A DNA stretch of 64,000 nt from contig DF237399.1 of the NCBI GenBank assembly GCA_000708835.1, positions 1-64,000 of the forward strand, read 5' to 3'. The translations under genes were made by a program, and so were the position numbers. This DNA comes from Klebsormidium nitens (Eukaryota; Plantae; Klebsormidiophyceae). Of the stretch, positions 1-10,900 are shown in pieces. The notes under the pieces were generated by a model. The model was not told the origin of the DNA. It made no database searches and saw nothing but the letters and a program-made list of their open reading frames with translations. The first letter of the stretch is position 1, and every line of letters starts with the position of its first letter.

Positions 1-653
1 AATTATTCAATACTATCATCGCACTCTATCCTATTCGATAATAGCCTAGTATTGAAAGCGCCTTACCGTACACGGTATCTGAGTTTCTCATATTCTGCCA
101 CTGCTGGCAGTGCAGCGTGAATCTGCTGATTGCGCTGATATTGCGTTTTGCAAAAACAGTGGCCCCGGGGGGGGTCCACTAGCACCGGTTATAAAGATAT
201 TACAGCGCCCCCGTCAATGAGCCGGTTCTCCAACTCCAAGCGAGAGCTCCGGACCTTACATTTTACGACCAGAAAATGAACCTCTTCGCAAGAACCGGCG
301 ATAAACGGCACACGAGACGTCCATCAAACCCGAGCCGGCCGAAATCCGGAGACTACCGGGTACTCCACTGAGTCCACTGTGACAGAGATCGACTCAGACT
401 CAGAGCGGTACAACCTCTGGTAAATCTGAATTCATGTTTTGTTCAGCAGTCAGCCCATCAAAGGTTCTCCTTTAACGCGCATGGCCAGCATTTAATGCGT
501 TGACAAGAACCGTTGTGCAAGGAGATGGCGGAGCGGCTGCAGACGTGCTCCGAATAGCCTCGTTGAAAAGCTTTTCAGCTAGCTACTGCAAACACAGATG
601 AAACCGGCCGCTGCGCAGAACCATCATCGCATGTTTGGAGCACTTGTGACACA

Positions 654-2883
654 ATGTGGGGCCGCAAGCAGTTGGCGTCTATACCTAGGCGGGACGGCAT
701 CATTGTGTATCTCGCCCTAGTTGTCGTCTCTCTGTTGCTTCTCTCAAAATTCTGCTCTTTTCTATACTTTGCCGGCTTCAAAGCAGGAGCTGGCCAAGCA
801 GGATCTGAAATAGCGGGGTCCGACTTTGCTAGTCAAATCAGCATCCCCAGCTGGAGCGAACTGAGCGATAAGTTGGCGGCAACACCTGATAACCTATGGG
901 ACGATATCTGGAAGAAGCATGCGGGGGTCTTGAGAAATGTAACACGTGTGAAGACGCTTTTAGACAGCCAGAGACGGCTTGTGAAGCCCGGGCCAGAAAA
1001 GGAGAACCAAGACATAGCGGGCGTTCAGCTTTTGCTGTCTCAGTCGCTCCAGGAGATGCAGGCAGCAACTAGAGTGGAAGAGATCCAGGCGTGGGTTAAG
1101 AGGGAGGTTTCAGAGAACCTCGAGCGGGTTCTTAATGAGTTGCAGTTCCCGGAAGACTGCGAAAGCGCGCGGAAGCTGGTTTGCGAGCTGGATAAGGGCT
1201 GCGGGTTTGGGTGCCAGGTGCATCACGTGGTGCACTGCTTCGCAAATGCGGTGGCGCTCAATAGAACAATGTTGCTCAAGGTGAGCATTTGATGTGAACA
1301 CGCCCTGGTCAAGCCCGAACAACCCTCGCAAGCATTGGCTTCTGAAGTTTCTGTGTTTTGTGTCCCCGCAAAGCAGTGGTTCATTCAATGTAGCTGACTT
1401 CGACCTTTTCAGAAAGGATTTAACAAGTCGTGGTGAATTGCAGATCCTTTTGATAGTTTGTGATAGTTTTACAAACTGCTTAGCCCCATTACATGTTGGG
1501 GCAATTAGCCAACTCAAGCCACTAAAAGGAAGCTCTATTGTCAAAGCCCTGGTTCAGTGTGGCAGACACTGTTTAGAGGTGTAACGGTGACCGCCACCAC
1601 GGGTCAAAAGCCAAATAAGCAAACAGTCTGCAGTTGATCCTTTTCTAGCCCGTTCAACTTCTCTCACCTCTTTCCAGGTTACCCCCTGGCGCTACGCCCC
1701 AACCGGCCACTGGAACGACGTCTTTCTCCCGGTCACCCACTGCCCCTTCCCAGAGGACGACCGCAACTCCTGGGGGCCGGAAATCGGTGCCTCCCAAACC
1801 CACGACGCAAGCCCCTCCGTATTTATGCAAATCATCGACACGCACCAGACCGTCTACGACCCCCCGGCCATGCCATTCGACGTGCAGGAAGCAGTGCGGT
1901 TGTTTCACGCACGGCCGGAGATCTGGTGGGTTGGCGCTTTGGCGAAGTTCTTATTGCGCCCGTCGGAGGCGTCGGTGGCGCGGCTCAGGAGGATGGCACT
2001 CGACGAGGGGGGGGGACCGAGTGTCGCAACCGGGGCGGAAGAGCAAAGTCTTTTATCGGGGGGGAAGGAGCTGAGCGGCGTGCCTAGGGGGGTGCCGTTT
2101 GTCGGGGTTCACATTCGGCGCTCGGACAAGGTTACGGTGAAAGAAGCCAACGCGTACGAAGTCCTGCAGTACATGCGCCACGTGGAGGCGTTCTGCGACT
2201 CGAAACTGCCGAGCGGGTGGCAAACTAGGAGCGGAAGCGATTCGTCCACGTCGCAGACAGGCGGCGAACGCAACTCGTCTACGCGGCAAAGTAGTGGCGG
2301 GGACTATTTCGATGCGTGCGTTATTTATGTGGCGACCGATGAGCCGGCTGTGTTGCGGGATATTACCGACAACTTCCCGCACCTAAAATTGGTGGGAAAT
2401 AATACCGTCAATGCGTTGGCAGCCGACGTAGGCCAGCGGAACTCTTTTGAGGGGCTGCTAGGAATTTACGATGACGTCATCCACCTGTCGCGGGCGGACT
2501 ATCTAGTGGGTACACTGTCGAGCCAGGTCACCCGGCTCGCATACGAGATTATGCAACATAGGAACGATATAGTCGATGCGTCGTTTACATATCAGTCTTT
2601 AGATTCTGTATGGTATTATGGCGGCCAGCCGTCATGCCGTTATTGTGCGACATCAGATTATACGGCCGGGGGGCAGCGAGTTGTGCTCAAGGGGGACGAG
2701 TTGCATTGTGACGTTATTGTACAGAAAACTGGTGGTATGATTGAGTGTCGAAACGAGCGGGTGGGGGCCAAGATGTGGGTCCCCTCGGGCATCGTAGATT
2801 GGTGCCCTACCCCCGCTTCAAGTTTCCAGTTTAGAGACGTTCTGCCGCCGTACATGAGCGGAAAACACTTGAGACGAGACTGA
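654..2883 (+). CDS. FUT8: Alpha-(1,6)-fucosyltransferase, animal FUT8-like (GT23), type II membrane protein, ~610 aa; join(654..1280,1678..2883)
   Basis: Has an N-terminal TM anchor and a coiled-coil stem. Motifs LQFPEDCESARKLVC..KGCGFGCQVHHVVHCF, PWRYAPTGHWNDVFLPV, GVHIRRSDK, YVATDEP, LSRADYLVGTLSSQVTRLAYEIMQ and SLDSVWYYGGQ match human FUT8 motifs as remembered, followed by a diverged SH3-like tail. One phase-0 GT-AG intron (1281..1677) keeps the frame. Confidence 0.9.
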
Positions 2884-4017
2884 TCGATTCTTTGTACGGT
2901 CGAGTTGACTGAAACCAAATCAGATGCAATAAGGCTAGGCCGGCAAGCTAGTACGGTATAGTGTCAGCGTATTTTTCTGTACGTATGCATATAGCGTACG
3001 CTGGCTGAGTTTCGTATTAATTGGCGGCATGTTTGGATTCCTGTCGGCAGCTGTGGCGCAGATATGTAGGTCACGGGCTTGCCAGCTGGGCAGCGAAAGG
3101 GCAAGGCAAACTGCATGCAATGCAATCTATATTTGCGTGCAAAGTTATTATACTGAGTATAATAACATGTGCTCGTTGAGGGGCCGGCTTCGATCAAATG
3201 AGCTTGCAACGGCGCCCCATTGCACCCGCGGGCCATCATTGGACGGTATACATTTAAATATTAAGTTGCGACAGCCCATGGCCCATCTTGGCTCGATCGA
3301 CCCCGCAATAATTGATCAGGACTCATGCGAACGTTTTGATCCGATCGTCAATTTCTCAGTCTGCCTCATTTACAAGTTCTGCGCGCGGAACATCCACAGC
3401 CAAGCGAGGGCCGGGCCGCGGCCGGACAGTACGCACGTTGCATAATCTACGCCAGTGAACAGTCCGCGGCAATCATATGTAGCTCGTTGCGGTTCGGATC
3501 ATTGGGGCTCCATGGCATGTGCACGGATGCAACGCGACTGCATGATTCACCGTCTTGGTACACTGAAGCTTATGCAGCTGCACCAGCCGCCTGCCTCAAT
3601 CACAAAGGTGCAGTTTGAGCGAGTAGCATGAGACGCTGCAACGGTTGAAAGTGAAGAGCCGCCAACACGATTGGGCTCCCGCAGGTTTAAGTTACATCAT
3701 TTCCAAACTCACCACATATTATCCGACTTCATTTCGTGCTAGGTAAAGGGCCCCGGCCGGCCCCAAACCTCTGAGCTATGGCAGCCCTGCAGCAAAGGGA
3801 ACCAACTTCGCGACTGCATCAGCGGATATAATTACTACGCGCGCCGTTTATTGCCAGTTGCGTCCGCAACGCTCTTTCTCTTTGATTACTTATTGGGCAA
3901 CGCTAGAAGAGCGGCGACTCAAGTGTTCTCTTCCAAGCTCGTAAGAACCTTACCTCTAGTTGCCCTTTGAGAGCTCCCCTGGCTCGTGATTATCTGTAAT
4001 GTACATCCACTCTCCAT

Positions 4018-7000
4018 CTATAGTACACCGTCGCCCCAAATGTCCGCTTCGTTCAACATCTTTATCGTCCTTTCCGGTTGTCCCCCGGGCACCTGCGGGG
4101 TAAATCTTCTGAAAATGGAACAATTACCAAACAATGATTCTTTTCCAATGTCAAACTTACTCAATGAGAGTCGATTTAACGGCAATAGCAGAACGCTTCA
4201 ACCCCAGCCATGTAAGACATATTGTGTCTCGGCTGGCCGTCACTTGACCTCAGGATGCCTCACTTTTCTGCATACTACATCGCGAAGACTCCGGTGCAAC
4301 TTTATCATCGAAAGCAGGGATCAACCAGAGGAGCATACACGATTGTGGCTGCTGCGGCAGAATGCATTGAGCCACCGTGTTTTGCAACTCGGACCGGAAG
4401 AATGAACTCCTCCGCAAAGTGTGTATCCAAGTCGCTGGAAAACCGAAGTTGAAGGCGCCATTTAAACGGAAGCTCCCGCCTTATCTCTTTGCGTGTCTTT
4501 GTTTCCAAGAGTCGGCGACTCCCATTCCCAAGCATCGTAACCAACTGAATCCACCTTTATGGCGACCCAACAATCAGCTGTTGCTCTGAAGTGGTCGCCG
4601 TAGGTTTAGGAGGAACTGAACGAGAGGAACGGCTCACCGGACACAAGCAAGCGCGGACGACGTCTAGGGACCCCGGCTCAGCTCGGTAACCGACCTGCCG
4701 AACCAAGGTTGCGTCAGCAAATGACGTCATGGTGTGACGAGAGAAACTTAGCCGAACCGACTGGAAGACAGAGATGGGTCAGATTGAACAGAGGACACAT
4801 GGTGGACGGAACAGATTGAACTGCTTTGTAGGGACCACACGTGCAGAACGGAGTTTATATTGGCAGGACGTTCCTACAAGGATTTTGACAACTTCGATGT
4901 CACAAAAAGAGCCGAAGTTGGCTCCCCACTTTGGTTCAATGATAGACCCTTAAAGTATGAATCAATTTGTAAGGAGATAACGACCAAGCAAAGCGAAAAC
5001 AGCACACCAGAAAGCCGTTTGTCAAATTATCATTGCTGAGTACAAGATAGAAAGCCGGAAATGCATACGAAGATTTTCAGCCTGTGGAAACAAAACGAAC
5101 GGTCTTTAGTGAAGGTGTGAAAAGGAGTCTTGACGGAGAAGGAGGCTAACCTCTTGAGCGCCCCCCTCGACTTCCATTTCGCAATTCGAGCACGTGCCTT
5201 CGAAGCAGAAGTCCTGCAGAGGGTAACACGTGTCTTTTTGACAGTTGTAGATTCTGGGTGTTGACGTGTGAAAGCAAGCAGGAACATGGATGAAAAATCT
5301 AGGGAAAGCAGGCAAAATAACAGGCAGCGAAACTGCATCCTTGAACACACGCGAAGCAGGGTCATGGCTGAATCATGGCTGCACGTAGCTAAAGCCTGAC
5401 AAGCTTCTTGAAGTCGCAAGTTTTGCAACAACGAATTCGAGAGTGAAATGACTGGACTTCAGCAAAACTTGGGTCAGCACTTTCCCCGGGTAAAACCACG
5501 TCCTCCTGCTTTCCACCATTACATCATATTGCATTTGTCAGCCGTCGAATGATCATTTGAATGCAGCTCAAACGCCGAAAGTCCAGCGCTTGCAAGCCAC
5601 GTCTGCATTCAAGGGGAATCAACGCTCGCCACGCATATCAATCGCAATTGCGAAGTCCATTCCGTTTGCTCTTGTGGGTGGGACCGAGAAACCAGATCAT
5701 TTAAAAAAGTTACGAAAGCCATGTGTGACGCACCTCATCGGGAACCATTGCGCCCGCAGCCTCCGCCACCCTGAGAAGGTTCTCTCCAACTTGTGCACTT
5801 GCTTGGACCTGTGAACCGTACGAAACGAATTTTGTTGAATCACGAAGGCTACTTCTCATATATGAGTGACATTACTAAATGCCAGCATTCCTGTGACACC
5901 AAAGGAGCGGAGCTGGGACTTGGAACGAAGCTTCATCATAATCAGGAATCTTATCAACAAATGATATTTTGCAAACGGACTTTTGCCGGCCTTCGAATGC
6001 AATCGCTTCCTATGTCCAGAGAACAATGATATGCGCTGACCCCAGAACTGAGGCGTACTTGCAGTTACTGGGTCAACCCACCCCCCTCAGAAGAATAGAA
6101 CACTCTAACCTGAAGTGGACCTTTCAGATGTGTGCGACTCGCGTGTCTTATATTTTAGGAGAATCTAAGTCATGGAGGAAGGCTTCGACCCCTCGTGGCA
6201 TATGCACAAAATCCAGGAAGAACACAGCCATCTACACTGAGCTGGCAAGGGTTTAAACCCTCTCAAACAACGGTTTATTGGTTCCTGTAGGTGATTGGCC
6301 AGCACGATATCTGTCGACAGCTCCCACTCGTTTTGGTGCCATTTTGACCATGAAAAGGAAGGCACTGGGAAGAATGAACAATGTTTCAGCGCACCACTTC
6401 TGTCCCTGTGTCTAGCCACAGCGTCACTCTTTCTTCAACTGCCTGAGACGCTCCCCAGTAGGTCCCTGGGACTGCGTCCAGTTTGAACCGCTCCACTCCT
6501 ACTGCCCCCGTCTTTGGACTGGTGAACTGGTCCGTGGAGGCTGCAAACGTTCAAAAAGGGAGTGGTGAGAGAGAGTGGAGAGTCGTAGAAGGTAGAGGAA
6601 TTGAAGGCGACAGATATAAAAAAGGGAGTGGTGAGAGAGAGTGGAAAGTTGTAGAAGGTAGAGGAATTGAAGGCGACAGATACCCAAGGAGGGAAATGTC
6701 AGAAGGGGGAAGATGCTTTCGACATTGCAGCGAGTCAATGTGCTTTTAAATCTTATCTGCAAACCAGCTGATGGGAGACACTTGATTGATCACTCCAACA
6801 AGCAAGCGTACACATTTGCCTCTGCGCATTAAAAAGTGGTCCTCTTAGATACAGTTGACTCAAGCCCAGCGAACACGCTGCAAACTTTTGCACAGAGTAC
6901 TGCAAGCAAACAACAAGATGCACCACCATGCACCTGAGAAAGTGTGATTTTCAGAATTCTTTCAACAGACCTTTGACCAACATGCTTCTTCCACCACCTG

Positions 7001-7323
7001 CCTCACCAAGACAATGCAGCCAAATTGGGAAAGCAGTAAGTGGGAGCACACATGACACTGTGTAATCCTTCTGCAAATTGCAATGCTGCCTCACCTGAGC
7101 AAACAGGCATCATCCGTTTCCTTCTTATGGCACCCATCTTCTCCAACACCATTTGCTGCAATCCTCCAGAAACACTTGCATCTTCTCGACATGTGAAACC
7201 AAGAGCGCTTGGTGGCTTTACTTGAGATGAAGATTGTGAGCCCCTGTCGGAAAAACCTGCTCTAGATGCTGACGTCGTCTGAGACAAGTGGGACCTAGTA
7301 GTGCTGGACGTACTAGCCGCCAT
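4018..7323 (-). CDS. Plastid-targeted 2Fe-2S ferredoxin-like protein, ~214 aa; complement(join(4018..4092,4638..4694,5151..5213,5734..5808,6395..6540,7095..7323))
   Basis: The spliced product reads MAASTSSTTRS (Ser/Thr-rich transit-peptide-like)...VQASAQVGENLLRVAEAAGAMVPDE|DFCFEGTCSNCEMEVEGGAQE|VGYRAEPGSLDVVRACLCP|VPGGQPERTIKMLNEADIWGDGVL*. It has the C-x4-C-x2-C...C 2Fe-2S ligand pattern. All five introns are GT-AG and preserve frame; the exon 2 donor is the least certain. Confidence 0.8.
6553..6682. repeat. Two-copy ~66-bp direct tandem duplication in ferredoxin intron 1 (pyrimidine tract on the minus strand)
   Basis: aaaaagggagtggtgagagagagtgga..gt.gtagaaggtagaggaattgaaggcgacagata occurs at ~6553 and ~6619 with few mismatches. 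Confidence 0.9.
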
Positions 7324-7999
7324 TCTTCAACTTCCCCTGGTTCGTTTCGTGTTGAACTTGCTCACCTTGTGCTCACCTGCCTGGTTTGGTTCAAATGCTA
7401 CATTCGTCAAGCTGGAGGAAGACGGGTTAGGAACTTGCCTCTGCCGCAGTTTAGGTTAAAATCAAAATTGCATATTACTCCAGAAAAGCATTCCAGAGCC
7501 GCATTCCACCACAAAAAGCCTGCTTCTTCTTGAGAACCAATAACTTGCCACCACCGCTTTAGTGTGCTGGGTGCACAAGGAGATCCGGCGCCTTGCTCCA
7601 AACCTTCAAGGGTTTAGCTAATAAGCTTCTATCAACCCCGTCTTTCGGGTGCTGAGCTCTGCAAAAGTTACAATGCTTCACAACAGACCAAGGAGAAAGG
7701 GCGTTCATCTTCCAATCCTCTTCCAATCAAGTTCAGCATGCACTACGGATAGGTCACTTTGATCCGGACAGCCACTTTGACCAAGCTCCTACAGATCAGC
7801 AATCAAATTTCCTTTGTGCTTCATACACTTAGCGGGCTTCTCAAGATTTCTCCGAAGGCCCAACGAAGCTTGCACCGTGTGCCAGCTGGAAGCAATTATC
7901 CACTTAGAGCAGTCCGCCCGCTCTTCATCCATGCAGAAAGTCTGAAGCCAGCCAGTGCCCACTTCATTTCGCAGCACTCTTTGCGAAAGCATTGACAAA

Positions 8000-10900
8000 A
8001 TGAACGCTCGCAGCATTGCTAGCAGACCAGCAGCTGAACTGGGTTCAACACAACAGCAATGGTCAACTGACTGGGGGCCGCCAAGTTGGCCACACTGCAG
8101 CATACATCATCGAGCACAGCATAGCAGACGGCTAGCGGAGCTTTGCCTGCCTCAACTTGCACCTTCACATTGTTGGCGCTTTGAAATTGGCGCTTCTTTA
8201 AAACGGCACCCAAAACGTGCACCACAAAGAGATCAGAGAGAAACGCCTGCTCTGGCTGGGGGCTTTACATTCATAAACAGGTCATTCACAAACAATTTCC
8301 TGAACCGGAGCAAGGGGCTCGCCAGCTCACATCAGCTTCATAGTTCATCACAAACATTTCCCATTTCTCCCAAAAACCATCGGAAGCTTCGGATAGCTGC
8401 AAGAACCAGCCAAACAATAGGAGTAGGGGACGAGACTCACAGCAATTACGCAACTTCAACACCGGACCTGTCATACCTCGAGCTTCGGAATGTGGGCTAT
8501 CAGCCGCCCGGCTGTGAAAAGCCGATTCTGAGCGACGTCAATTTCATGCTGGACAAGCACTCAATGGGGCTCATCTTTGGGCGGAGCGGCAGTGGGAAGA
8601 CGACGCTGCTGCAGGTGAGGGCTGACTCTGATCTGCCAACTAAGAGGAGAGGAAGTGGCTTTTGGTGACATGTCCAGAGAGCTGTTATGATCTCCTGTCA
8701 CCAGATTTACACTGTTGTAACATCTGGCTGACCGAGCATTTGACTTTGGGCAATGGTCCCGAGTGGACACACTCGTCAACTCAGCTTGAAGTAGCTCTCC
8801 TTGGTCCCCCTTGCATGGGGGCTTCCTTGTTTGTTAGATTGAACGAAGGCACGCAAATCTTCCATATTCCTCCACTTATCAGCAAAGGGGCTACTAGCTG
8901 GTGGACATTTTGCTTTCAGTGCCTCTTTCTTGCCGTCTTGCACTACTGCTTCGTCCTCTCAACTGCCCAAGCTTGCAGACATAGAGAACCCATCTTGCTT
9001 TGAACCAAACATGATCCGAACATTTTCAGCAATCCTAACGCGCCTGGCTGCCCCTGTCCATCCACAATTACGGTTTCCTTCCACTACCTGAGGCATGGAG
9101 GTAGACATGTAATGTCCTCACCGCACTTCTACTCTCCTTTTTACCAGAAATTCTCAACATTGGCAACCTCTCAAAGCCTCCTCGCAGATCCTGGCGGGTT
9201 TAGCCGCCCCGACCATCGGCTCCCTCCACATCCATGTCTGGCGTACCGGCACGCGGGGGCCACCGTTGTCAGTTTCGGAAGTCGCGGCGCGCACGGGCCT
9301 CGTGTTCCAGTTCCCGGAGCGCTACTTTCTGGCGGACACTGTCGCGGACGAACTTCTTTTCGGACACGTTCGGAGAGACTTGCGGACGGACACATTCGAA
9401 CGGGTGGCGGCTGCACTTCATGCGGTGAGGACGAGTCTTCTTCAGACCTCGCGGTTTCGGAGATTTTACCTTATTGTTTTTTGGAGTGGACAGGTAGCTG
9501 CGAGCACTGCTCGTTGTTCCGTTCCGCCTAGCTGTTTTTGAAAGCAAACTGTTGTGGACGAAGTCCTGTTCGGACACGTGCGGAGGCACTTACGGACGGA
9601 CACGTTCGAGCGGGTCGCGGCGGCACTTCATGCGGTGAGACTGAGTTTCCGTTCTTTCGGATCTTTGATTTTCTGTTCGAAAGGTATCTCGAACTTAGCC
9701 GTCCGCACTTGCACCAGATTCCGATACGCTTAACTTTCCAAATGCGAGACATCGGTGAGACAGATTCCTTTCTGGACACAGACGAAATGGTCAGACATGT
9801 ACGAACGAGTGGCAGCCCCCAATGGATATCCCTGCTTCGAAAGGTTTGCGTTTCGAAAAGAACTGGCGTGCAGACGGCCTGGTACCCCCTAGAAATGCTC
9901 ATGCCCCACCAGACACGTCATCGCCCCCTTACCCGTGACCCGGCACTTCTCTGCCTTCTCCAACGTTGTATCGCGCCACAAAACCCCGCTTTGCCCCCCT
10001 CCAAACTCTTTCCTCCGCCCTCCATCCAGTCTCTTGCCCCCCATCAGACACTGCTTCACCCCCACCGAACACGTTTTTATCACCGGATGCTGACGTCTGA
10101 CTTGCTTGACGAACACTGTTGCTGAGAGAGTTCCTATTTGGAAACATACAAAAGAATCGACGGTTAACACGTGTACGAACGAGTGCCAAGCCGCGTTTCA
10201 TTTGATGCGTAGGATGTCTGGGCCTTTGGAATGTCGGTTCATCTTCTTCCAGAAAAGAGTTATGCATATGATCAATGGCAAGATGCGAACTCCTAAGATA
10301 TGTAAGGTAGGTTTGCTTATCGATTGGCTCAATAAGAATCATAAACATGGCTGTAGCAGAGGAATAACAGAGGAGGTGCGCCGCATTCTAGATGTCCGAG
10401 CTCAGTTTTGCACGCGGATCATCGTTGCACGAAAATGGAAATGTAGCTTGGACGGCAGGTCGTCTCAAAAAGGGACGTTAAATCGATGGCGCAGACTTTA
10501 GTTGAAGAATCCAGGAAGCTTCAGAGTAAAAGTTTCTCATTCTGCTCACAGATGGGCGTGAAGCATATTTCGAGGCATACTCAAAACTTCGGCGGCAGGC
10601 CTTTCTCAAACCACCAATGATAGAAATGAACACGGACCTGAATCCTCAAAGAAAGTGTGGGGCAATCGTTCGCATCTGGTCGCACGTGGGCATAAACCAG
10701 CTTTTGATGCAGACTAAAAATCTTGGACCGCAGACCTTTTAACGAACGATGATAAGATTTTCCTCTACACCAGACTGTGTAGAAAAGCTACTAGGTGATC
10801 TTTCGATCCTGCCCGCAGGTGGGCGTAAGCATTTTCCGATGTAGACATTTATTTTGGACGGCAGGCCTTTCACAACCGACTATGAAAATTGTAAGTGCTC

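Noticed and set aside
4455-4590. Cytochrome b5-like fragment ADCWVAIK on the minus strand
   Set aside because: It lies inside the last intron of the ferredoxin-like gene, and there is no HPGG motif or supporting exon.
9338-9634. New intron created by tandem exon duplication, with the second copy being the true exon end
   Set aside because: I found no matched GT in copy 1 and AG in copy 2 at equivalent positions that would restore the frame.
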